This document shows, in pieces, positions 12,220 through 25,410 of a DNA stretch of 64,000 bases. The translations under genes were made by a program, and so were the position numbers. The number at the start of each line of letters is the position of its first letter. The first letter of the stretch is position 1. This stretch comes from Octopus vulgaris (lineage: Eukaryota). The notes beneath the pieces are model-generated. The model ran no database searches. It saw only the letters and a list, made by a program, of their open reading frames with translations, and had not been told where the DNA came from. Location of the stretch: positions 113,956,001-114,020,000 of the forward strand of contig OX597821.1 in NCBI GenBank assembly GCA_951406725.2, written 5' to 3'.

Positions 12220-12392
12220 GAAGATAATCAAACCAAATTTTCATCATTTCCAGTCACACACCCAATGGGTATTTCTGCCAAATTTGGTGAAAATCCATTC
12301 AGCCTTTTTCCGGTAATTTTGCAAACACACAGGCAAACAGACAAAGACGAGTGATTACAATACCCTGCTTTCGCTTACACGCGCTGGGTAAT
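12220..12392. mobile_element. Helentron-associated (HINE/DINE-1-like) non-autonomous element end
   Basis: GCCAAATTTGGTGAAAATCCATTCAGC...ACACACAGGCAAACAGACAAA (ACAG-type microsatellite), then GATTACAATACCC and a terminal short palindrome TACCC...GGGTA. The other end is not found. Confidence 0.55.
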
Positions 12393-12393
12393 G

Positions 12394-12460
<67 letters not shown>

Positions 12461-12471
12461 TAATAATAATA

Positions 12472-12795
12472 AATCCTACGAAAAACTTTGCCTATGTAAT
12501 TCCCAAACATTTTAATCTGTAAACATTGTCAAAAGAACTTTTAAGTGTACATAATAGCAAACACCTTTTACTGTCGTCTTAACACAACACCAGCATCTTA
12601 TAATCAAATTACTTTTAAAACAATCTTCTAATTTTCTTGTTTTCACAGACATTCTCTAGAACAATACTTAGTGCAAAACCAAATATTTGACACCCTAGTC
12701 ATAACACCAACTTGAACTTCTAACTTGTTGTCTCATGAGGTCTCTGGGTGAGACTTGGAGTCAACTTGTACAAACACAAAGCAAAAGTCAAACAT
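12472..12795 (+). mobile_element. 3' end of an RLE-type (Dong/R4-like) non-LTR element within (TAA)n
   Basis: Begins ATCCTACGAAAAACTTTGCCTATGTAA = ILRKTLPM*, homologous to the C-terminus VLRRALSM* of ORF 13926-14474. Followed by a 3'UTR. (TAA)n on both sides. Confidence 0.65.
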
Positions 12796-12799
12796 AATG

Positions 12800-12850
<51 letters not shown>

Positions 12851-12869
12851 GTCTAAAAAAATAATAGTG

Positions 12870-13084
12870 GTTTCAAATTTTTGTCACAAGGAGAGACATT
12901 TTGGCGGGAGGGGGTGTGCCAATTACATCGATTCCAGTGTTCAACTGATACTTAATTTATCAACCCTGAAATGATGGAAGTCAAATCGATCTCGGTGGAA
13001 TTTGAACTCAGAACATAGCGACGGGCGAAATACTGCTAAGCATTTAGCCCGGCGTATTAACGAGTATGCCAGCTCACCACCTTA

Positions 13085-13085
<1 letters not shown>
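12870..13085 (-). mobile_element. SINE-B with the alternative (non-Tx1) tail
   Basis: Head AAGGTGGTGAGCTGGC...GAGTTCAAATTCC and tail ...CTTGTGACAAAAATTTGAAACC. Confidence 0.8.
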
Positions 13086-13160
<75 letters not shown>

Positions 13161-13850
13161 TTCCCAAGAACAAGCGCTAAGGACCAATTATATGAAGTGA
13201 AGAATAGATAAAACTACCAACAGCGGCAAATGCAGAATGTGTGGTGAGAACGGTGAAATGGTATGGCACATCGTTAGCGAATGCCCGAAATTGGCACAAG
13301 GCAAATCCGGACGATGCCATGACAATGAGGCAAGAATGATCTCCTGGGATCTCTGTAGAAATCACGGCCTACAAAGAGCAAAGACGTGGTATGAACAAAC
13401 CCTAGGAAGAGTCACCGAAAATGAGAATTGCAAAATCCTGTGGGATGCAATGATCAGATGTGATCACCTGACCAGACATCGGCAACTGGACATTGTTGTG
13501 GTCAATAAAAACGAAAGAACATGTATGATAATCGACATAGCAGGCCCCGGTGACCACAGGATCAATGTGAAAGAAGAAGAAAAAATAAGCAGGTATGAAG
13601 ATTTGAAGTGGGAAATATGAAGAGAGTAGACGTGATACCAATAGTAACTGGTTTGCTTGGAAGTATCAGCACTCAACTACCAAAATGATTGGTGCAAGTG
13701 TGAATATAGAACACCAACAAAAATCAGCATTGCTTGGAACTGCAAGAATTCTTGGCAGGGTTCTTGAAGCATGACCAGTAAATAAGTGTCACCTTAGTCT
13801 GCTGACTGTGGAAAGCTGACACTTTCCATCATACCAAGCAAAATAAGCAG

Positions 13851-13852
<2 letters not shown>
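13161..13852 (+). mobile_element. 5'-truncated, decayed RLE-type non-LTR retrotransposon (Dong/R4-like)
   Basis: ORF 13237-13620 region shows a CCHC knuckle (CRMC...HIVSEC), RCHD (cf. RHD), LWD, LDIVV..CMIID (cf. PD..D) and K..RY. Premature stop and frameshifts. Flanked by (TAA)n. Confidence 0.88.
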
Positions 13853-13910
<58 letters not shown>

Positions 13911-13916
13911 TAATAA

Positions 13917-14474
13917 TGCAACGACATGATTGAAACAGTGGACCACCTAATCTCTGGATGTAAAGTCTTAGCACCAGTGGAGTATAAATTAAGACATGAC
14001 AGAGTTGGCCAATATCTCCACTGGCTAATAAGTCGGCATTACAATATCAAAACTGCCGACAAGTGGTATAATCACCACCCTGAGGCTGTAACTGAAGGAG
14101 AAAATGTAACCATTCTGTGGGACTTTCCAGTACATACAGACCGAACCATCAAGGCCAATAAACCAGATATTGTTGTGAAAGACCAAAACAATAAAGTTTG
14201 CTTATTGATCGACATGAGCATCCCCTGTGATCATAATATCTCAGCGAAAGAGTTTGACAAGCTCAGAAAATATAAAGACCTACTCATTGAAATTGAGAAA
14301 ATGTGGCATCTCAAGGCGGTTACAATACCAGTGATCGTAGGAGCACTAGGAATGATCAAGAAGGGAACCGAAAATTATATGAGAATGATCCCTGGCTTAC
14401 CATCCCTGCAAGAAGTGCAAAAGATTGTCTTAACTGGTACATCACACGTATTGAGAAGAGCATTGTCGATGTGA
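13917..14474 (+). CDS. C-terminal zinc knuckle and restriction-like endonuclease of an R4/Dong-like non-LTR retrotransposon (5'-truncated, frame intact)
   Basis: C-NDMIETVDHLISGC (second half of CCHC), RHD, LWD, KPDIVV...LLIDM (PD-(D/E)xK-type core), K..KY, IVGALG. The open frame starts right at the end of a (TAA)n run, so the Met is internal and not a true start. Confidence 0.92.
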   Translation, partial: CNDMIETVDHLISGCKVLAPVEYKLRHDRVGQYLHWLISRHYNIKTADKWYNHHPEAVTEGENVTILWDFPVHTDRTIKANKPDIVVKDQNNKVCLLIDMSIPCDHNISAKEFDKLRKYKDLLIEIEKMWHLKAVTIPVIVGALGMIKKGTENYMRMIPGLPSLQEVQKIVLTGTSHVLRRALSM

Positions 14475-14652
14475 GAACTGTTGCTGCTCATGTATTTTAA
14501 TTTAACTTAAAAAAAAAAAAATTTTTTTAAATGAACGAACTACTGAGTTTGGTTTAATGGCCTACCAATATACACTATGAGTTTCTTTGCCCTAGGAGTC
14601 GGGAAGACACTCGGCAAGAAATGGAAGAAAATTTGAAAGAAGAAAAAAAAAA
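14475..14652 (+). mobile_element. 3'UTR and A-rich tail of the Dong-like element
   Basis: Follows the ORF stop and ends in AAGAAGAAAAAAAAAA, then (TAA)n resumes. Confidence 0.8.
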
Positions 14653-15610
14653 TAATAATAATAAAGTGCTGGAGTCGATTCGTTCGGCTAAAATTCTTCA
14701 AGGCGGTGCCCCAGCATGGCCGCAGTCTACTGACTGAAACAAGCAAAAGATATAAGATAAACGATGAATACACAGTTTGGCGCATACATTGAGATACACC
14801 AACAAACAACCTCTAACACTACTTCGAAACCATCCCAAAATACGCTGTCCGCCCCACGATTAATCCAGACAAACAGAAATAACATATACGCAAAAAATAT
14901 TCGCCGTACACAGCATATTCTTTATAGTAATTTATTGTGATTTGTTTGTTGGGAAGAGATTAGGATTGATTTACCAGTCGAGGCTGGTATAAGCATTAGC
15001 TATGCTACGATGTATACCACCAATGATAGCAAAACAACGACAGCAATTGTGGTGTTCTGATAAACTTTTATTCTTTTGCTTCCGTTTTGGCAACCATCAA
15101 AATCAACAGGTGTACAATTGAATAAGTGAGAGGCCTCAAAAGTCTCAGGCAATCGGTTAGAAACAACAGCTAAATCGCCTTTAATGGAAGTTCCGGCGTC
15201 TTATATAAGCTTAAAGCATACATGATGTAAATTACTGATGTTTTAGTATCAATATACTCGGTGCTACAGAATTATTTAGCGTTACATAAATGTTTCTTCG
15301 ATACCTGTTTCAAAATCAGATGGAAATGTCTTGGCTTGAACGCTTTCCATGATTAGCCTGCGCCATCGGGGTTGACCTAGGGTTAAGTACCAACAACAAC
15401 AACAACAACAACTGAAACTACTAAGAGGGTAAAAGTACATGCAGAAAAAATAATCGTTTTTGCTCTGAGATTTCCATATCTTTGTATTCGCCTTGTTTCA
15501 AAGACGAAAATTTCTTGAAGGTTCGTTTGGTTGGAATTTTGAGTTTTAAATTTCAAATTGACAAAACATATATTTTGATAAGCCATAGGAGACTAACATT
15601 AATTCAACAT

Positions 15611-15691
<81 letters not shown>

Positions 15692-15707
15692 GTATCTGTC
15701 TATCTAT

Positions 15708-15777
<70 letters not shown>

Positions 15778-15813
15778 CCGTCTGTCTCTCTCTCTATTTA
15801 TCTGTCTCTCTAT

Positions 15814-15862
<49 letters not shown>
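15611..15862. repeat. (TCTA)n microsatellite
   Basis: Directly visible. Similar arrays at ~50525-50610, 57934-58057 and 59614-59751. Confidence 0.95.
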
Positions 15863-16256
15863 ATCATCCTCTATCTGTCTCTCTGTTAGTCTCCCTCTCT
15901 CTCTCCCCTCTCTTTCTCTTTCTCTCTCCACGCACATACATACAGGTACGTCTTCGAGTGTGTGCTTTCGTTTGTGTTCGCCTACGTTTCTGTGTCAACA
16001 GATTTTTCAAACTCTATTTACATCAATTTCAGACACGTTCGCCCTTTCGTACTTTCATTGTTCTTCGTGGAATCTGGTTCAAATAGCGATTCTTAGTTTC
16101 GTCATTCCTTAGGTTCAATTTCACACCCAGAAATAAAAACAAACCTTGAAAAACTGCAAAAATAAGACATACATACATACATATATACAAACATACATAC
16201 ATGCATGCATACATCCATACATGCATATATGTATATCTGTGAGCATATATGGGTGT

Positions 16257-16293
<37 letters not shown>

Positions 16294-16359
16294 CTATACA
16301 CACATATATACACACACATACATATGTGCATGCATGTATGTATGCATACACACACACAC

Positions 16360-16438
<79 letters not shown>

Positions 16439-16509
16439 CGTATATACATATCTATATGAACGTGCGTACGTGTGTCTGTGTGTGCTTATGTGTTTGTTTG
16501 TGTCATTTA

Positions 16510-17150
16510 TCGTTTAATTGTTTCAGTTATGTGTCTGCGAGGATGCTGGGTCATGCCCGCGGCCTTTTTAGTCGAATAAATCGACCCCAGGTACTTCTTC
16601 TCTTTTTTCTTTTTTTTTTCTCCTTTTTTGCAACCCATGCTATTTACTATCATCGGTTCTTTTGTCGAACAGCGAACTTACGAGAACGTAAACAAACCAC
16701 TACCGATTGTCAAACAGTGATGGGGTGGGGACAAACACAGACACAAACAAGACACACACACACACATGCTTGTATGTATGCTTGTATACGACAGGCTTCT
16801 TTCAGACTCCTTCTACCAAATCCATTCACAAGGCTCTGGCCTCAAGCTATAGTAGATGACAGCTCCGCAAGGTGTCACGCAGTGGGACAGAACCCAGAAC
16901 CATGTGGCTGAGAAACGACACCAGTATCGGTTGCCAAGCGATGGCGGAGGGGGGGACGACAAAAACACACAAACACAAACACACGTACAAACATATATAT
17001 ATATATATATATACAATGGGCTTCTTTCAGTTTCCGTTTACCAAATCCACTCACAAGGCTTTAGTCGGCCCGAGGTTATAGTAGAAGATAATTGCCCAAG
17101 GTGTCACGCAGTGGGACTGAACCCGGAGACATGTGGTTGGTAAGCAAGCT

Positions 17151-17152
<2 letters not shown>
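16510..17152 (-). mobile_element. Two adjacent/nested SINE-A copies
   Basis: CCAAATCCA(T/C)TCACAAGG...GTGTCACGCAGTGGGAC..AACCC appears twice (16816-16910 and 17041-17150). Confidence 0.8.
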
Positions 17153-17185
<33 letters not shown>

Positions 17186-17552
17186 CTAGCAGTATCGCCC
17201 GGCGTTGCTCAGGTTTGTAAGGGAAATAACTATAAAGCATTTTTAGAGAGTTATAGCCAAAAAATAGCAAAAAAATGGAAAAAAATGATGGTAAATTTTT
17301 TTTTGAGATTTAAAAAAGGTGGAGTTGCGTCCCCTAGACAGTTTATAGTTTGTGTTTCTGATTCTCGACCCCATGTCGAATTTATCGATTTTTTTCAGAA
17401 CTGGGGGAACTTTTCAAAATTTTCGCTGCGTTAGTTTTGAATTATGACATTGGGCTATGTGTGTGTCAAGTTTCATCAGAATCGGTTGAAAGCCGTGGTC
17501 AGAGTGAGGGTACGAGAAAACAGACACACAAAAACGCACAGACAAACTGCCG

Positions 17553-17570
<18 letters not shown>
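17186..17570 (-). mobile_element. Non-autonomous Helitron
   Basis: Minus-strand 3' end ACCTGAGCAACGCCGGGCGATACTGCTAG|T (GC hairpin, CTAG, T target). 5' end TATATAAAAACGGCAGTTTGTCTGTGCG merges into a TA run. Internal AAGTTTCATCAGAATCGG motif is typical of such elements. Confidence 0.8.
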
Positions 17571-17602
<32 letters not shown>

Positions 17603-17949
17603 TATATATATATATAAATACATATATACATATGCACACTCACGTATTCTAATTCCCTCACCCCACTTCTTGTTTCATTGAGGAGTTGTGTATAAGTGTG
17701 TATGTGTGCGCATGCGTGCGTGCGTGTGCCTTAATGTTGTTAGCATAAAATTCCTTTCCACTTTTGAAGCCTTCTCATGGTGATATCATGAAAATCAAGA
17801 ATTTCTCGAGTGACTTCCATATAACATAATTTGCCCCGTTTATTGGACTAAATATTTACAAACCACCCGACTCACGTGAAAACCGTATATTTACATTACT
17901 GCAACTTTCTCGTCTCATGTTTGATGCTAGGTTTGTGTTTCGTGCTTGT

Positions 17950-18014
17950 AATACATACATACATATATACATATATATACATTCATACATACATATATAT
18001 ACGTATTATGTATG

Positions 18015-18056
<42 letters not shown>

Positions 18057-18294
18057 AGTATGTACGTATATATGTATGTATGTATTATGCATGTATACAC
18101 ACATACGTATATATATATATATATATACATACATATATATATATATACATACATATACATATATATATTTATACATTTATGTATTTGTATATATATATAT
18201 ACGTATGTATGTATACTTGTGTATGTAGATGTCTATATATTTATATATGTATGTATATATGTATGTATACGTATCTGCATATATGTATGTATAC

Positions 18295-18348
<54 letters not shown>

Positions 18349-18483
18349 TGACACACACATACAAAGATCGACATTTCCAATACTAACTATCTCCGTCACC
18401 TTATCCACAAAAATGACATTTCTTTTGGTGAGTATATATGCATATACACACACACACACATATATATATGTATATATACATAC

Positions 18484-18529
<46 letters not shown>

Positions 18530-18604
18530 GTTACGTATATTTACATATATATGTATGTATGCATATATATGTATATAACGTCTGTGTGCGCGCGTATGTA
18601 TACA

Positions 18605-18655
<51 letters not shown>
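17950..18655. repeat. Compound TA/TATG/CA microsatellite field
   Basis: Directly visible. Similar fields at 21190-21540 and 21955-22290. Confidence 0.9.
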
Positions 18656-18658
<3 letters not shown>

Positions 18659-19030
18659 CACAGACACACGCACAGACACACACACATACATGCAAAGATA
18701 TATGCGTGCCAGCCAGTGTGTGTATGTGCAATATATAGATGCGTGTGCTTGCATTACTGTTTGTGGTGAAAGATAATTTGGGAAGAACGATTCTCTCATA
18801 ACGGAATAACTTGATTTTGGTGATTAAAAGCTGTAGAGTTCAGCAACTCGAGTAGGGCGTCTCCACGTTTGGTAAACGCAGCTACCCCTACCCAGCATAC
18901 CTTGCAAGCGTCAGTACCCGTGTAAAAACAACCCGGCAGCTTACTAGACAAACGGATATATGGGACAAACTCTTCAAATTAATAATAAGGATAATACCCG
19001 GCAGCTTAACTCCTAAACATAATAATAATA

Positions 19031-19077
<47 letters not shown>

Positions 19078-19102
19078 AATAATAATAATAATAATAATAA
19101 TA

Positions 19103-19208
19103 ATGTGCCTAGTGTACCCTTATCAGATAGGTAGTCATGATGGGTTTACTGGGCTTCGTATACTTTACCCCAGTGTCACTTTGATGTCATGCATTGCTTT
19201 CTCACTCA
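19103..19208 (+). mobile_element. Probable short 3' end of a TAA-targeting retroelement
   Basis: About 105 bp of unique sequence bracketed by (TAA)n on both sides, like the elements at 12.4-14.7 kb. No ORF remains. Confidence 0.4.
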
Positions 19209-19229
19209 ATAATAATAATAACAACAATA

Positions 19230-19403
19230 ATAATCCTTTGTACTGGAGGCACAAAGCTTCAAATTTGTAGGGTGGGGACTAGTCGAAAGGATGAAAGTTT
19301 AAGTCGACCACGGCAGTATTTGAACTCTGGACGTAGCGCCGGGGGAAATAGAATTAAGCATTTCGGCCAGAGTGCTAACGATTCTGCCAGCTCATCGCCT
19401 TAA
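19230..19403 (-). mobile_element. SINE-B (internally deleted, alternative tail)
   Basis: Head AAGGCGATGAGCTGGCAGAATCGTTAGC. Confidence 0.75.
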
Positions 19404-19404
19404 T

Positions 19405-19439
<35 letters not shown>

Positions 19440-19458
19440 AAACAACAACAACAACAAC

Positions 19459-19491
<33 letters not shown>

Positions 19492-19492
19492 C

Positions 19493-19891
19493 AATTCTTT
19501 TTTATTGGCCACAAGGGCTGACACGCATGATTACATAAAGGGACAAGACAGGACGAAAGGTTACAAAGGGTTTTGTCCGTTTGTTAAAAAATCCGTGTAA
19601 AAATCTTTAAAACAATGATTATTAAAACAATGAAAAACTCCCAAAAGGGGGAGACGTTTCGAAAGGTTCCTGGTGGAAAAAACCCTACAAAAGCCAACGG
19701 GAGCCTGGTCAGAAAAAGGGGGTGTAGAGAGTCCCCTTTCTTCTCCTTTTACATTACCTTTTTCTTTGAAATCACAGGCGAAACCTGAGAACTGGTCCAT
19801 TTATACAGGCCAGTCTCGCACAATTCACCCACCTTTCATAAAACTTGCTATCGGACAGCACTTTCCTCTCTAACCTCATCTTCCTTTTCAA
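19493..19891 (-). mobile_element. 3' fragment of a Tx1/L1-like LINE (ORF2 C-terminus and 3'UTR)
   Basis: 19891->19772 translates LKRKMRLERKVLSDSKFYERWVNCARLACINGPVLRFRL* (E...F..RW pattern of Tx1-clade ORF2 ends). The 3'UTR ends ...GTCCTGTCTTGTCCCTTTATG...CAGCCCTTGTGGCCAATAAAAAAGAA. Confidence 0.7.
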
Positions 19892-19914
19892 TAATAATAA
19901 TAATAATAATAAAT

Positions 19915-20318
19915 GATCTGATGCAGTACCAGACAGTGGCTCTCGTGGCTGCTGATCTTAACTGATTGGAAGTGTTATCATGTACATTGTTTTGTCTTGG
20001 TATATAAGATGGGCTACAGCAAATATTCTGTTTCAATACCACAGATTTGCTTGTCAGTTGTTTGACCGTAACCAGTTGAGAATGTCCCTTAGTGGCTGAC
20101 GATATGTGCATCTCTGATCGCGAGCAGAAGTAGTTGGGGAGCATCATAGATATGTGTTGAGAGGTATTCTTAGGGGCTTGAATAATTCACCTCTGGAAAC
20201 ATGTGTTTCGTTCAACATCCTTAGACAACCTTTATTCAGGGACCTTTTGAGCAGGATGGGCTACTCAACCTGAAGAAAATTCTAACTGGGCCCCCACCTG
20301 CAAGGTCATGCGCTGTTG
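19915..20318. mobile_element. Unclassified interspersed repeat adjacent to (TAA)n
   Basis: More GC-balanced block starting at a (TAA)n run and ending at a SINE-B tail. No motif recognised and no second copy in the window. Confidence 0.3.
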
Positions 20319-21264
20319 ATTGATTTATATTGATTTCAAATGTTGGCACAAGGCGAGCAAGTTCGGACGAGAGGGAATTCGATTACATCGACTCGGTGCT
20401 CAAATTTATTGTTCCCGAAAGAATGAAAGGCAAAGTCGACCTCGGTCGATTTTGAACTCAGAACGTAAAGACGGGCGAAATGTCGCTAAGTACTTTGACT
20501 AGCGCGCTAACGATTCTCCCAGCTTTCAGCCGCCTTAACCACAGCAAAAACAACGAAAACAACAACAATAACAATATTGTTTTCATGTCTTTAAGAATAA
20601 TATTCCGCCGAGGTCGACTTTGCCTTTCATCCTTTCGGGGCCGATAAATTAAGTACCATTTGCGTATTGGAGTCGATCTAATAAATTGGCCCCCTCCCCA
20701 AAAATTTCGTGCCTTGTGCCTAGAGCAGAAAAGAATATTTTTAAGAATAATGTTTACTTTTGCAATAACTCTCTCGGAAATACTGGAAGTGTATTCGAAA
20801 ACATTCGAAAACAGTCCTGATCTAAATTTTTTACACTAGTTATAAGATTAGGAACGCCCAGCTAAAACATATGGGGTTATCAGTAGCGGGATTTTAAAAT
20901 AGATTAGTCGAGCATTTTTTTAGTCGCAACATAATTTGTAAAAGTATTAAACAAAAGCAAATAATAGGTCTTATGTGCAATGGTTGCGTGGACTCGCCAT
21001 CGAGGTTATTTCTTTAGTACAAGTCAGTACAAAAGGGATATGCGTGGTGTTTCATTCGTTTGTATGCAAACCATAAAATGACAAAAAAATATGCATGGCT
21101 ACAAGCTTAAAAATGAAACTGGAAACATTGCTGTATTCGTTTGGCACACATATACACTCATTTATATAAATTAACACACATGGATATACACGAGTGTGCA
21201 CACACACACATACATACATACATACATACATACATACATACATACATAATGCTTACATACATAC

Positions 21265-21314
<50 letters not shown>

Positions 21315-21323
21315 GTATGTTTA

Positions 21324-21376
<53 letters not shown>

Positions 21377-21478
21377 ATATATATATATGTATGTATATAT
21401 ATGTATATATATATATATTTATACATACATACACACATATATATATATATACACACACACATACATAAATACGTACAT

Positions 21479-21511
<33 letters not shown>

Positions 21512-21673
21512 CACATATATATACACATATATACATATGTAGATAATATATTTAATTAGAGATAAAACCACTGTTAGGCAAATCAAACAGTAAAAAACAT
21601 AAACGAAAACATAGAAATAAAAGTTTAATAAAATAAAATGTAAGTTTGGATTTATTCCCTAGTATTATATATA

Positions 21674-21714
<41 letters not shown>

Positions 21715-21718
21715 GCAT

Positions 21719-21757
<39 letters not shown>

Positions 21758-21951
21758 GTGTGTGTATGTACGTTTATATGTATCTACGTTTATGTATGTA
21801 TACATATATATGTGTTCACAAACACACGTACATCAGACAACATACGCTTATATGTTTATAGCTATGCTTAAATGTGTCATTTTATGTTTTACATGCGCTT
21901 AAATGAATATATACACATATCAATTAAGCTTGTACCGAGTATATAAATGCG

Positions 21952-22069
<118 letters not shown>

Positions 22070-22146
22070 GTATATATATATGTGCGTGTGTGTGTATGTA
22101 TGTATTTATGTATTCGATACAAGCTTAATAGATATGTATATATGTA

Positions 22147-22189
<43 letters not shown>

Positions 22190-22196
22190 ATGTATG

Positions 22197-22264
<68 letters not shown>

Positions 22265-22609
22265 TGTATGCGTATATTTATATGCATAAATACACACACA
22301 CAGGCACATCATCGCGCGCGCGGCCAAGCACATGGGTGTAACCAGGTCTCAGAAAAAGGGGTTCTCAATTATAATAATGGATCCAGCGTTGGTTGTTAAA
22401 TTTGCCAAGACAAAATTAAAAATAAGTGTGAAAAATAAATATTTGTATGGAGCGGTGGGAGAGGAAGGAGGTTCGTCTTGAAACTGTCGAACCCCCTACC
22501 GACTGCGGGCTTGACATATATATATATATATATATATATACACGCACATAAATATGACAAAATGTGAATAACCGCATTAATAATGAGTAAGAGCTCATAT
22601 ATATTAATA

Positions 22610-22647
<38 letters not shown>

Positions 22648-23241
22648 TATCCAGATACTTCACGCATTTTTTTATTATTGTGACGCATACTAAAATATAT
22701 AGACCTATATAACTATATAATTATGCATGAAAGTACACAGTACTTATATAGTTAAATAGTGCTTACGTATCCACACACATACAATCACAGAAAGAGATAC
22801 ACATATGGAAACAGAAATGGATATTGCTGAAGTCTGTTGCCAATTATGAAGTTGTGACATATTTGTTGATATTATTTAAATAATTTCTACATTGGCAACA
22901 CCAAATGCTAACGCACTGAAGAGATAAACAAAACAAATGAAAACAAGGAAAAAGAAATGTCATTTTTAAGGAAGAAGAGAAAATCCTTAAAAATAGAGAC
23001 ATTTATCCTAACAGCGGTAGAAACAGTAGACGTTACTATTATTGTTAATTGTACTTATCGTTAATATTGTGCAATAAAATATGGTGAACGACATATAAGC
23101 TTGAGAGTCACTTCCTGTGAGTCGAGACAGTGACCTCATTCTGATCCTTCATTCAAGTTATTTTACACTATACCAGAAAATAATCTTGGAAAAGATATAT
23201 ACTATCAACCACCCGTCTCTTTCTCTGTCCCTCTTTCTCTC

Positions 23242-23373
<132 letters not shown>

Positions 23374-23456
23374 TAATATGCTCGCCATTGATAAAATTTC
23401 TTTTCGAAAAAAATTTACCCTACATTATACATATATATATATATGTATACATGTAC

Positions 23457-23512
<56 letters not shown>

Positions 23513-25099
23513 GTATGTATGTATATAATTATGTATATATATTTATATATTGCACTGTTACAAGAAGAGAAGTGAAATGATTTCGAAATCACTGTTTCCA
23601 TATTTCTTTTAAAGATATAATAAATATGTAGCTTGTAAAAAAATGTACGGAGTGATTTTTTAGCTTAATTTTAAATCGTTTCTATCATAATTCAACATAA
23701 AAACAAACAGTAATATGTGTGTGTATATGTATGTATGTGTATGTGCATGTATCTGTGTATATATATATATATATATGTGTGTATGCGTCTGTGTATGTGT
23801 ACATGTACACACACATATATGAATGTATGTATGCATGTATGTTGATAGAAACCCAATAACAAGACAACGTAACCAAATTTTCTACATTCGTTGATAAAAT
23901 CCGAAATTCGTGAAAGTACCTAAGTTTCTGAGTCCAAAACTATTGTTGAAGTACATATTTCCGAAACGTCAGACTTTTTTCTTTCTCACAGTAACTTGGG
24001 TTTATAAAAGAATCACGAATTTGAGATACAAGCATTATATTTGAATTTATTACTTTTACTCCATTTACTCCTTATAAAAATGTACGAAAAGTGGCAAATA
24101 TTTTTCTTCTCCATAAACTCGAAAGTTTGTACTTGTAAGTTTGATCGGAATTGATGAATTAGATATCTTCGAACTAGTAAAGTCGATATAACCTATTCAA
24201 CCATCAACTCAGAGGTATTGTGTTAATTTTAGAGACATTCTTGAGAACCATGAACGTCAGAGATAAATTTTTACACAGCACACGAAGATAACGACGGCTT
24301 AAATGGTTGTAATATGGGCTATTCATTATAATATAGAACGAACTATCAGAAAGCAAGAAATACAAGTATTTATTATACAAATAGGTTTTTTTTTTTTTTT
24401 TTTTCAATGCTATCTTTTGAATTTGTACATTTGTTAATACAAGCAAAAATTGGCTTGGTTCTTTGTGAAAGGAATGTCAAGGAGAGTATACAGTTATGTT
24501 TAAGACGTTGTTTACCAACAGGAGGAGAATTAGCTGTAATATGGAATTAGTTAAACAGCATTACAGCAGTCATTAAACATAGATATAACCTACTACAAAA
24601 ACAAATATAGTTAGAATTATTGCTGTTACTGTTATGAACGTGTTTGTGTTTGGCGGTGTAATAGGTAAGTGAAACCAGGCACAACAAATGTCTTACTTGT
24701 TATTATTTATTCATTTTGATAAGTGATTTTCAATGGAACACTTGCAGAGATCAAAAAGAAGATTTGAAAATATTTTTGATATTATTTTTCCCCCTCGTTA
24801 CACATGTTTATTTGATAATAGGGATTACAAAATCGTACATGCAAGAGACGTCTTACATGTTTCTCCTACATGCACGATTTTGTAACTCATATTAGCAAAT
24901 GAAAAATATCTGATGATAAATAAATAATACCAGAAATGCTTTCCAATCTCCTGTTTTGATTTGATTTGAAAATTCTCTGCAAAACATATTTTCCAGAATG
25001 TTCAACTCTTATGCATGCCTCATACAAATATAACATATACATACAACTTTGGAGTACTGGAATAAGCAGTGCTTCAAGAGGACACAGCACATATATATA

Positions 25100-25348
25100 T
25101 GGAGGTACGTGGCTAAGTGGTTAGGGTGTTGGACTCATTGATCGTAAGACTGTGGTTTCGATTCCTGGACCGGGCGAAGAGTCTGTGTTCTTGAGCAAAA
25201 CACTTCCTTTCACGTTGGTCCAGTCCACCCAACTGGCAAAAATGAGTCATCCTGCGAGGGACTGGCATCTCATCCAGGTGGGGAATTTATAAATCATTGA
25301 ATCCGGGAAACCGGCCCTCATGAACCTGTTATGGCTCAAAAACGAAAC

Positions 25349-25350
<2 letters not shown>
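25100..25350 (+). mobile_element. tRNA-derived SINE (C-related) with tail type 1
   Basis: GGAGGTACGTGGCTAAGTGGTTAGGG...GGTTTCGATTCC. The tail CCAGGTGGGGAA...CCGGGAAACCGGCCCT is shared with 4531-4625 (revcomp). Confidence 0.8.

Positions 25351-25408
<58 letters not shown>

Positions 25409-25410
<2 letters not shown>

Noticed and set aside
13926-14474. Domesticated stand-alone nuclease gene
   Set aside because: The frame begins mid zinc knuckle directly at a (TAA)n junction and is followed by a retroelement UTR and A-tail. 5' truncation explains it fully.
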